Of a stretch of 64,000 nt of DNA, positions 54,208 to 62,553 are shown one piece after another. Numbering within the stretch: position 1 is the first letter of the stretch; each line of letters starts with the position of its first letter. Where the stretch lies: assembly GCA_021811615.1 (NCBI GenBank), contig JAJZNW010000037.1, positions 13,623 through 77,622 on the forward strand, written 5' to 3'. The stretch is from Bacteroidota bacterium (lineage in GTDB: Bacteria > Bacteroidota > Ignavibacteria > Kryptoniales > JAKASW01). The notes below the pieces were generated by a model, which saw only the letters and a list, made by a program, of their open reading frames with translations, was not told where the DNA came from and searched no databases. A program made the position numbers and the translations under genes.

Positions 54208-55293
54208 TCAGGCGAGGTTGAGCATTCCGTCGGCGGCGACGAACTTCATCGCATCGACCACGTTCTTTGTCGTCACGTCGTCGCGTACCACCACCCTTCC
54301 TATTCCGGTCGGAAGGACGAAACGCACTTTGCCCGCTTTGACTTTCTTATCATAGTTTAATCTGCCCAGGACATCGTCAAGGGGGACCTTGTCGTTCCTC
54401 TGGGCTGCGATCTGGCGCACGATGCCGAGGATCCGTTCGAAGCTCGATGGGCGGAGGAGCTTCATGTGCATGGCTATGTGAGACTCGGCAATAAGGCCGA
54501 TGAGGACGGCCTCGCCATGTTTGAACTTCGAGTAGTTGGTTGCGGCCTCCACAGCGTGGCCGACCGTGTGGCCGAGGTTCAAATGCGCCCTCACGCCGGC
54601 CTCTCTGGCGTCTTTCTCGACATACCGTTTCTTGGTCTCCACCGACATTCTCACGATCCGCTGAAGCAGCTTCCTGTCTTTGTTAAGAAGCCGGACGTAG
54701 TTCTTCTCGAGAAAATCGAAGAACGTGTCTCCGTTGAGCACGGCATACTTTACGATCTCCCCAAGCCCGCAGATAAGCTCCTCTTTGGGGAGCGTCCCAA
54801 GGAAACTTGTGTTCATGATGATCGCATTAGGCTGATGGAACGCGCCTATCATGTTCTTGCCAACGGCGTGGTTTACTCCGACCTTACCTCCTACCGAACT
54901 GTCCACCATGGCAAGGAGAGTAGTCGGAACGTGGACGTAGTTGATTCCCCTCTGGAAAACGGCGGCGACGAAGCCTGCCAGGTCGCCTGTTATCCCGCCG
55001 CCGATCGCGAACAGAACCGAGTCTCTACGGATATCTCTCTCGAGAAAATAGGTGAGAAGTTTCTCGACCATCTCGAGGCTCTTGTTCTCTTCGCTCGGAT
55101 GGAAATCCGCGACCACCGCACCGTTCACATTCTTAATCCCATCCACAAGGTCCCGGTAGATAGACGCAAACCTTGAATCGATGACGACCGCCGCCTTCTG
55201 TGCTGAACGCAGCTCGGCAAATAGAGGCGAATCGGAATCGCCGATCAGGACCGGTATTCTAGATGAGTTGACACGGTAGCTCAAAGGTTTCAT
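54208..55293 (-). CDS. aroB: 3-dehydroquinate synthase
   Basis: AIGGGITGDLAGFVAA, VPTTLLAMVDSSVGGKVGVN, and the metal-binding pair LNLGHTVGHAVE...HGEAV. Confidence 0.9.
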   Translation of the reverse strand: MKPLSYRVNSSRIPVLIGDSDSPLFAELRSAQKAAVVIDSRFASIYRDLVDGIKNVNGAVVADFHPSEENKSLEMVEKLLTYFLERDIRRDSVLFAIGGGITGDLAGFVAAVFQRGINYVHVPTTLLAMVDSSVGGKVGVNHAVGKNMIGAFHQPNAIIMNTSFLGTLPKEELICGLGEIVKYAVLNGDTFFDFLEKNYVRLLNKDRKLLQRIVRMSVETKKRYVEKDAREAGVRAHLNLGHTVGHAVEAATNYSKFKHGEAVLIGLIAESHIAMHMKLLRPSSFERILGIVRQIAAQRNDKVPLDDVLGRLNYDKKVKAGKVRFVLPTGIGRVVVRDDVTTKNVVDAMKFVAADGMLNLA

Positions 55294-55841
55294 TCAACTA
55301 ATCCCTTCAGTTTGGAGGCGATCTCCTCAACGCAGTCCAAGACTGTCATCTCATCAGCATTGATCACTAAATCTGCCTTCAGATAGTACTTCTCCCTCTC
55401 GTTAAGCAAAGCCTCGACCCTCTCAGAGAGCTCGATATCGCTCATTACTTCACCCTTAGGGCTCAGGAGCATAGGTCTTTCCCGGTTCCTTCCAACTCGT
55501 TGGAGAACCTTCCGCGTGCTGATTTGCAGGTAAACCAGCACTCCCCGGTCACGGACGATGGTCCGGCATTCCTCGTTTGTGAGTGTACCACCACCAAGTG
55601 CCACGACGATTTTTCCGTTACTACCGGAAAGCTCTCGCAAGATTTTGACTTCAGTCCTGCGAAAATAAGTCTCCCCCCGTTTGTCGAATATGTCGGGTAT
55701 CGAGGTGCCTTCCGACTGTTCGATTTTATTATCCATGTCAGCAAAATCATAGCCGATCCGCCGGGCAAGTTGCGGGCCGATAGTGCTTTTCCCGCTGCCC
55801 ATGAAACCGGTAAGAAAGACGATATGTTTTAGCTCAGTCAT
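55290..55841 (-). CDS. aroK: Shikimate kinase
   Basis: P-loop LTGFMGSGKSTIG, DMD, FRRTE and GGG motifs. 4-nt overlap with aroB. Confidence 0.9.
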   Translation of the reverse strand: MTELKHIVFLTGFMGSGKSTIGPQLARRIGYDFADMDNKIEQSEGTSIPDIFDKRGETYFRRTEVKILRELSGSNGKIVVALGGGTLTNEECRTIVRDRGVLVYLQISTRKVLQRVGRNRERPMLLSPKGEVMSDIELSERVEALLNEREKYYLKADLVINADEMTVLDCVEEIASKLKGLVE

Positions 55842-57090
55842 AATCCTCTACAGATGATGAATATAACTGCCTGAGCTTAACTTGCAAAATTGCTTTCGGA
55901 GTGGCTTGAACCACTTCAAACTCCAGATTGCCGACTCGGACCTTACTCCCGACTCGCGGGACTGTACCGCGCACTTTAACGAGAAGCGAAGAGACTGTGC
56001 TGCCGGAATCGTACCCGAAATCAAAAGTGCCTACTTGCGCGCCAAGCTCATCGAGCCGTGCGCTTCCTTTTACCAGGTAAGCTCCGTCCTGGAGCCGAGT
56101 CAGCTTCGCCCCTTCCCTCGGCATCTCGGCACTCGAGCCGAAAATTTCCCTCACCACGTCGGAGAGTGTTACGATCCCGGACAGCCCTCCGAATTCATCC
56201 ACCACGACGGCAATGTGCCGTTTGTTGACCCTGTATGTCTCGATCAGTTTTTCGAGCGATTGCGTCTCAGGTACGAATACCGGCGGTCTCATAAGTAAAC
56301 CGGCATTGAATTTCCTCCGCCCCGTCCTCTTTCTCACCATCGGAAGGAAATCCCTGGCGTAAAGAATCCCGACAACATTCTCGCTCGAGCCGGAGTAAAC
56401 AGGCAATCTCGAATGCTCACTTTTCCTGAACGTCTCAGACACCTCCTCAAATCCCGCCTTGTCGGGAATCGAAATTATCTCTTCGCGGCTTGTCATCGTA
56501 TCCTTCACAGTTCTTTCCCCGAGATACGAGATCTTCCTCAGCAACTGAGCTTCATTTTCCTCTATTACGCCGGTTGTCCCCGCGATCCTGGACAGTGTTT
56601 TCAATCTCCTGTTGTCGATTGTCAAGGCCAACCTCCTCCTTCTCGCGGTTATACGGGAGAGAAAGGCATTGAGGGGATAGACTATCGGGCTTTCAACAGC
56701 AAGCAAGACCAGCAGTAAAGGAAGGCTGAGACCGAGAACAAGCCTGGCGTTACGGAGTGCAACTATCTTAGGAACGGCGTCAGCGAAAAATATCAGGAGA
56801 CCCGAGACGGTTACCACTTCGATACCAACCGCCACCAATCTGTTCATCGAAATCAGGGAAGCAAAATCGACAGCAACGGCAGCTCCGATGAGTGTGAACA
56901 TGAAGACCGAAACGGCATTGGAAACGAGGATCGTCGATAACAACAGCTGCGGCGATTTGAAAAGCCTCGCGGTCATTTTTCCTTTAGGAAGTTCTCCCGA
57001 GCTCGTTATCGTGTACAAGGCGACTTCCGCAGCTGAGAGGACAAATGCCAAGCCGAGAAGGAATATCATGACAAGAATACTTGTGAGCAC
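55834..57090 (-). CDS. CNNM/HlyC/CorC-family membrane protein (DUF21 + CBS pair + CorC_HlyC)
   Basis: Four N-terminal TM helices, a central CBS pair region (VKDTMTSREEI..., VVDEFGGLSGIVTLSDV) and a C-terminal CorC/HlyC transporter-associated domain. Confidence 0.85.
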   Translation of the reverse strand: MLTSILVMIFLLGLAFVLSAAEVALYTITSSGELPKGKMTARLFKSPQLLLSTILVSNAVSVFMFTLIGAAVAVDFASLISMNRLVAVGIEVVTVSGLLIFFADAVPKIVALRNARLVLGLSLPLLLVLLAVESPIVYPLNAFLSRITARRRRLALTIDNRRLKTLSRIAGTTGVIEENEAQLLRKISYLGERTVKDTMTSREEIISIPDKAGFEEVSETFRKSEHSRLPVYSGSSENVVGILYARDFLPMVRKRTGRRKFNAGLLMRPPVFVPETQSLEKLIETYRVNKRHIAVVVDEFGGLSGIVTLSDVVREIFGSSAEMPREGAKLTRLQDGAYLVKGSARLDELGAQVGTFDFGYDSGSTVSSLLVKVRGTVPRVGSKVRVGNLEFEVVQATPKAILQVKLRQLYSSSVEDYD

Positions 57091-57176
57091 GGTGACCTAA
57101 AGATTGCAGAAAATAGTGAGAATTTCCAGCATAAAAGGCGAATGTGATACCGAAGGAGCCACGAATTTTGCCCGAG

Positions 57177-57845
57177 CTACGGTGCGAGCCGTTTGATGAC
57201 CCAGCTGTCATCGGTTTTGAGTGAATAGAGTATTCTGTCATGGAGCCTGTTCGGTCTTCCCTGCCAGAACTCGATGGCATCCGCTTCTACTTTCATCCCT
57301 CCCCAATTCTCGGGTCTTGGAACAGGCCCGCCGGAAAACCGCTCTTCTATCTGACGATATTTTCTTTGAAGTTCTTCACGCCCCGAGACGACTTCACTCT
57401 GGTTCGACGCCCATGCTGCAATTTGGCTTCCCCTTGGACGTGAGGCAAAATACTTATCGGACTCAGCTTCGTCGATGGCAGAAACCTTCCCTTCGACACG
57501 AATCTGCCTGTCAAGTTCATGCCAGAAAAAGGTGAGCGCCACGTACTGATTCGCGCCGGCCTCAGTCGCTTTCCGACTGTTGTAGTTGGTGTAGAACGTG
57601 AAGCCGCCCGCATCGATTCCCCGAAGCAGGACGATTCGCGCGGATGGTCTTCCTTCCGGAGATACGGTCGACAATGCCATCGCATGAGGATCCGGGACTC
57701 CGGCTTGCAAGGCGTCCTCCATCCATCTTTGAAACTGTCCGAATGGATCGCGATCAATCCTCAATTCGTCCAGCTCTTCACCGGTGTAATCTCTTCTTAG
57801 TTGTTCTATCTCTTTTATGGTGGGCTTCATATACTTCTCCGACAT
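57177..57845 (-). CDS. pdxH: Pyridoxamine 5'-phosphate oxidase
   Basis: PSARIVLLRGID..GFTFYTNYNSRK, QIRVEG, SRPRGSQI, EFWQGRPNRLHDR; 222 aa. Confidence 0.9.
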   Translation of the reverse strand: MSEKYMKPTIKEIEQLRRDYTGEELDELRIDRDPFGQFQRWMEDALQAGVPDPHAMALSTVSPEGRPSARIVLLRGIDAGGFTFYTNYNSRKATEAGANQYVALTFFWHELDRQIRVEGKVSAIDEAESDKYFASRPRGSQIAAWASNQSEVVSGREELQRKYRQIEERFSGGPVPRPENWGGMKVEADAIEFWQGRPNRLHDRILYSLKTDDSWVIKRLAP

Positions 57846-57885
57846 CGCAATAGATAGAAAAGCTTTCCCCCGCCGCTCTTGGGAA

Positions 57886-60800
57886 TCAATCAGCCTCCCT
57901 CAGTTGATTCACAAACACATCGAACTTGTAGCCGGCTTTGGAAGCTATCCTCTTTGCAGAAGCTCCCAATTCCACGAATACTTCAAGTGACCGGCTCACA
58001 TCCTCAACGCGAACCTCGGGATGCGCTGATAAGAATTCGGCCCCTGCGGTCGTCACATAATACGCGACGAGATCGTCGAAGCGTTCCTTATTAAACCATC
58101 GAACACCCTCGTACTCGTGCAGTGCGAGAAAGCTTTGAACGGAGGTCTTTCCCAAAACAGTTAAGAAGAGCCCGTGGACCTCCTCCTCCTCTCCGCTTAT
58201 CGTGGCGTTTTCAAACAAATCGACCAAAATACATGCGAGACTCAACTCATACTCCGCAGTGCCGCTGTCAACTCCGAGCATTGAGAAGCATTCCCTGGTC
58301 TGACCTGAGAGCCGGAAGTCTGAGACAATCTCGTATGTCCCCCCGTGCGGTTGTCCCACAGACCTCGCCAATACTCTAAGGAAGAGATAGAGAAACTCAA
58401 CACGCAGGCCCTTTAAGGAATTACGACGATCCGTTTCTACTATTTTCTTGATGTAGGCCGCCGACTTGACTGCGGTAAGAGCATCGATTGCAGCCGAAGT
58501 GCCCCTGTAGAAACTAACTGCCGGTTCCACGGTTGACGGAAAATCCGAACTAAGATACTTCTTAACTGCCGAATCGAGGTGCGACACCTTTTCCCCGAGC
58601 GCTTTCACCCGGTCGTGCTTCAACTCGCCTTCATTCATCCCTTCAGCAAGATACCGCAGACTTCCGCCGTTGAGCGCTTCGTAGTATGCCGCGTGGATAT
58701 CGCGAAGCTTCATCAACCAAAGCTCTTCCTCCACCGAGCCGACACCTCTTCCGTTGAGAGAACGGCATAGCTCATCATAAGGCTTATCCGCAGTCGCACG
58801 GACCTCATTGAAGCCAACAAAGACGCTGTACTTATACGCTCCAAGTTCGATATATAGACCGTCGTGCCTAATTGATTTCGTAGATCTTATATATTCAACG
58901 CCGTTAATTATGTCACGAAAGACAACGTAGCTGCTCTGTCCGCCTGAAAGCGACAAACCTTCAGCGAGGTTTTTCTGGATCAATTTTCCAGATGCATCAC
59001 GGAACGCGACCGACGTCTTTACCCATCCGGAAGTATGAGTATACCGGTTATTATAGACCACAAGATTGCTTACACTCCCGCTTCGATTGCTATACGCAAA
59101 GACATCTTCATTCACCTGGCCGCCCCCCACGAAAAAGTCATACAGGAAGAAATTGTCGACCTCGCTGAAATCCTGCCTCATTCTCAGAAGCGGGAAAATC
59201 TCTCTTTCATGTCTGGCAACGAGGCTCTCATCCTCCCTTTCGTCGCGATAGGCTCGCCTGAATTCCATTCCGTACTTCTCAGTCAGACCTTCCGCCTGGC
59301 CGTGGCCAAACATCGGAAGCCCCGGCATCGTAGCCATTAAGACGCAGACACCGAAGTATTTGTCATCCTTTCCGAATTGTGCGATGGCTGTTTCTTCATC
59401 GGGATTATTTACAAAATTGACAAATCGCTTGAGTATCTGCGGGTTGTATTCGAGGACATTCTTGATAACCTGACGATAGCTCCCATTTTCTTCGCGCTTA
59501 AGCATGTTCATGAAAGCACTATTATAGACTCTGTGCATCCCGAGCGTTCGCACGAAATATCCTTCCATAAGCCAAAACGCCTCGGCCAGAAGCAGCGTAT
59601 CGGGCGCTTCCTGCTGGATCCTGTCCACCACCTCTCGCCAGAATTCTACCGGCATCACGGCATCGAATTCATCCTTTGTCAGTGAGAAGTTGGAACGGGA
59701 AGGGATCGCTCCCCCGGTTCCCGGCTCCGGGAACCAGAGACGTTGGTAATGCTTCTTGCTGAGAACCATCGCGGCATCGAACCTGATTATCGGGAACATC
59801 TTAGCCACGTGGAGAATTGTTTGTATTACAGCCTCTCTGACTTCAGGTTTTGTAAAATCGAGTTGGGCCGTATCGTTCCAGGGCATGTGCGTTCCGTCGT
59901 TACCGTGATAAATATACCTCGCTTGTCCGGTCCACCTGTCGAGCCTCTTGAACACAACTGATGCATCCCGCTTGCTCCAATAACCGTCTTCGATGAAGAT
60001 CCCGACACGCTCGTCACCGCTAAGATCGGGGCCGCTGAAAGAATAGTTTGGATAGGGCGGATATCCGGAGGAAAGGAACCAGTCCGGGTGATTGATCAAC
60101 CATGTGGAATCGATTCCCATGTGGTTAGGGACCATGTCGCTGGCAAGCCGGATTCCAAGTCGCCAGGCTCTATCCTTTAAGTTGCGGTAAGATTGATCGC
60201 CGCCCAATTCGGCGGCAATCTCATATGCATCAAGAGAATAGGCGGATGCAATCGCATCAGGATTGCCGTTAAGGTGTTTGATTTTCCGTGACGCTTCGCT
60301 CCGTTTCCATATCCCTATAAGCCAGAGTCCGGTAAAACCACGGCGCGAGAGTGTCTCCAATTCCTCATCTGGAATAAGATCCAGCCTGTCGATTTGCCTG
60401 CGGTATTTCTTGCTCAGCTGATCAAGCCAAACGAAGACATTTTTTGCTATCAACACAAGGCGCGGCATCCAGCTCAGGTCGGCACTGAAGTTTTCGGGTT
60501 CGTACTCGGCACCCGTACCCCGGAATTTCAATACAGGTTCGGGGGCCCGTTCGCCAAACCCTTCAAAGCCCGGCCGGCGGACATTAGGAATCCTCGCTTT
60601 GTCCGCCTGGGCCTGCGCGATCATCATGAAATATTTCCCTTCCTCCTTCACGAAGTCGATTGCCCGTAATATTCTTGTCAGGAGGGGGGAGTCCTTCAGA
60701 ATGTCTCCCCAATTTTCAATAATGAACTCCAGCTGACCGGAGATCGACTCCGGGCTTGCTTCTATCGGGGCCAGAAGCATTTTCAAGAGTGGAGAATCGG

Positions 60801-61431
60801 CAGGACCGTAACCCGGCTGGGTCTCGAAGAAGACATTTGTCGCTGCGATAGCCTCCCCGTACGGGCTCTTTTCGTCGAGGGTCGAGTCATCGATGAGTTC
60901 TGCAATTGCATCGAAGGCGGGATTCCTATTCTGAAGCCAGAGCAGGATGAGCTCTTCGAACACGACCTGCCTTCCATTCAGACCGAAGTCATTTCTGGAT
61001 AGAAAACTTGCCGCATCTACTTCGTTGCGAAAAACAGGAGTTGGAGGAAATAGGTCGAGGAAAGTATGCTGCAGATCCGACAGTTCCTTTTCCCCTATCT
61101 GTCCGGACAACCAGCCTTCAAGTCTATCGAACACTTGTCGGTTAACGTTTTTCTCGTAACTGGCTATGATAAAATGGAGGACCTCATGGAAGAGCCCCAT
61201 GGCATTTATTTCGCTTGCGGTCACAGGAACGACTGAAGGAAGAGGTCGCTTCGCTCTCGTGCCGATTTCTTTCTTGCGCTTGTTGTTCAGTTTAGTCGCG
61301 AAGAGTTGCGCTGCCTGCGGGTTGACCAGCAGTATGTCACCTGTTATCGAGAAGAAAGTCTCGTCGAACCTGAACTGTTCTCTGGCCTTCCTCGAAATCT
61401 GGAATTCTCGTGTACCTTCACTCCCGGGCAT
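57886..61431 (-). CDS. Large alpha-amylase-family (GH13-like) protein with uncharacterised N- and C-terminal extensions
   Basis: 1181 aa. The central domain carries GH13 regions I (RLASDMVPNH), II (IIRFDAAMV), III (LLLAEAFW) and a variant IV (FVNNPDEE, Pro in place of the usual His). About 400 aa N-terminal and ~450 aa C-terminal have no motif I recognise. Confidence 0.75.
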   Translation of the reverse strand: MPGSEGTREFQISRKAREQFRFDETFFSITGDILLVNPQAAQLFATKLNNKRKKEIGTRAKRPLPSVVPVTASEINAMGLFHEVLHFIIASYEKNVNRQVFDRLEGWLSGQIGEKELSDLQHTFLDLFPPTPVFRNEVDAASFLSRNDFGLNGRQVVFEELILLWLQNRNPAFDAIAELIDDSTLDEKSPYGEAIAATNVFFETQPGYGPADSPLLKMLLAPIEASPESISGQLEFIIENWGDILKDSPLLTRILRAIDFVKEEGKYFMMIAQAQADKARIPNVRRPGFEGFGERAPEPVLKFRGTGAEYEPENFSADLSWMPRLVLIAKNVFVWLDQLSKKYRRQIDRLDLIPDEELETLSRRGFTGLWLIGIWKRSEASRKIKHLNGNPDAIASAYSLDAYEIAAELGGDQSYRNLKDRAWRLGIRLASDMVPNHMGIDSTWLINHPDWFLSSGYPPYPNYSFSGPDLSGDERVGIFIEDGYWSKRDASVVFKRLDRWTGQARYIYHGNDGTHMPWNDTAQLDFTKPEVREAVIQTILHVAKMFPIIRFDAAMVLSKKHYQRLWFPEPGTGGAIPSRSNFSLTKDEFDAVMPVEFWREVVDRIQQEAPDTLLLAEAFWLMEGYFVRTLGMHRVYNSAFMNMLKREENGSYRQVIKNVLEYNPQILKRFVNFVNNPDEETAIAQFGKDDKYFGVCVLMATMPGLPMFGHGQAEGLTEKYGMEFRRAYRDEREDESLVARHEREIFPLLRMRQDFSEVDNFFLYDFFVGGGQVNEDVFAYSNRSGSVSNLVVYNNRYTHTSGWVKTSVAFRDASGKLIQKNLAEGLSLSGGQSSYVVFRDIINGVEYIRSTKSIRHDGLYIELGAYKYSVFVGFNEVRATADKPYDELCRSLNGRGVGSVEEELWLMKLRDIHAAYYEALNGGSLRYLAEGMNEGELKHDRVKALGEKVSHLDSAVKKYLSSDFPSTVEPAVSFYRGTSAAIDALTAVKSAAYIKKIVETDRRNSLKGLRVEFLYLFLRVLARSVGQPHGGTYEIVSDFRLSGQTRECFSMLGVDSGTAEYELSLACILVDLFENATISGEEEEVHGLFLTVLGKTSVQSFLALHEYEGVRWFNKERFDDLVAYYVTTAGAEFLSAHPEVRVEDVSRSLEVFVELGASAKRIASKAGYKFDVFVNQLREAD

Positions 61432-61757
61432 TTTTCTTCCTTAGTGTCATGTGATGCCTCACTCTGATTTGAATCTATTGAAATACGGAAATAAATGCTA
61501 ACGTCGGAGATTTCGAGCGGTGTCCTAATTTAATTTCCTACACGAACGGATTAGAAGTGAATTAATCAGGATGATGGCACTACCGGATTTCGCCAATTGG
61601 TCAAAGGGCCGTTCCGCGTTATCAGTAAGGAGGCTTCAAGACCATCAACCGGCCTGATGTGACCGGAAACAAATAGGGCCCAATTTTCTTGACTTTTATG
61701 GAACCCTTGTCTAATTTCATTCGAATTTCAACAATAATTCCGAGGAGGGAAATCCTT

Positions 61758-62531
61758 ATGAAACGATCACTGCATGGGGCATCTTATCTGTTGATAGCGC
61801 TACTTTTTGCGGCTAACCTCCTACTTGCCGGGTGCGGGTCGAGTGTTGAGACAGCTAAGGTCAGTGCGGATTCATTGACCTATGAAAACCAGCAATTGCA
61901 GACTGAGAACTCCCAGCTGAGGAAATCCGTGACTCAGCTCGAACAGGATAAGAAGGGCTTGAACGCGAAGGTTGCGGATCTTTCGTCAAAACTCGGGCAA
62001 AGCAGCCAGCAATGGCAGGATCTTCAGGACCTTCAGGCACGCGTGAACCAGCTCGACTCCGAACTCACAGTCCAGAAGCAGATCAACCGCGACCTCAGCG
62101 CAAGGAGCGCCGATGCGGAGCGGGCTTCGCTCGGGAGTGGGCTTGGACCGATCACGACTCAGGCTGAATTCATGCAGGGTTACGGCCAGGGGCTTAAACT
62201 CTTTAAGGCCCGGAAGTACAGCGAAGCGCTGGCTGTCTTCGGCAACCTCAGCAACAGCAAGGTGATGCCGAACATGACGAGCAACGCAATCTACTGGATG
62301 GGCGAATGTTACTATGCTCAACAGAAGTACATGGATGCGGCAAACTCATTCAAGTCCGTACTGTCATTCAGCCGCAGTTACAAGACCGGCGCAGCTTACC
62401 TCATGCTTGGAATGTCGTACGTTCATCTCGGCAACAAGCCTGAAGCGAAAGCGACCTGGGAAGAGCTGATCAGCAAAGACCCGAAATCCCAATACGCCGC
62501 AAAGGCCAGAGAATTCATCGCCCAGCTGTAG
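61758..62531 (+). CDS. YbgF/CpoB-like TPR lipoprotein with coiled-coil N-domain
   Basis: The ATG at 61758 is preceded by GAGGAGGG. Lipobox LLAGC. Gln-rich coiled coil (LQTENSQLRKSVTQLEQDKK...). C-terminal TPR-like repeats (YWMGECYYAQQKYMDAANSF...). Confidence 0.7.
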   Translation: MKRSLHGASYLLIALLFAANLLLAGCGSSVETAKVSADSLTYENQQLQTENSQLRKSVTQLEQDKKGLNAKVADLSSKLGQSSQQWQDLQDLQARVNQLDSELTVQKQINRDLSARSADAERASLGSGLGPITTQAEFMQGYGQGLKLFKARKYSEALAVFGNLSNSKVMPNMTSNAIYWMGECYYAQQKYMDAANSFKSVLSFSRSYKTGAAYLMLGMSYVHLGNKPEAKATWEELISKDPKSQYAAKAREFIAQL

Positions 62532-62553
62532 AGGGAGCGGTGTCAGAAATTAA

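Noticed and set aside
54466-55176. 236-aa plus-strand ORF opposite aroB (similar cases at 2794-3537, 4885-5532, 9938-10480, 22067-22775, 38973-39506, 40499-41038, 42308-42904, 45157-45642, 52514-52993)
   Set aside because: All lie antisense to or out of frame with genes carrying clear family motifs, and none has its own signals.
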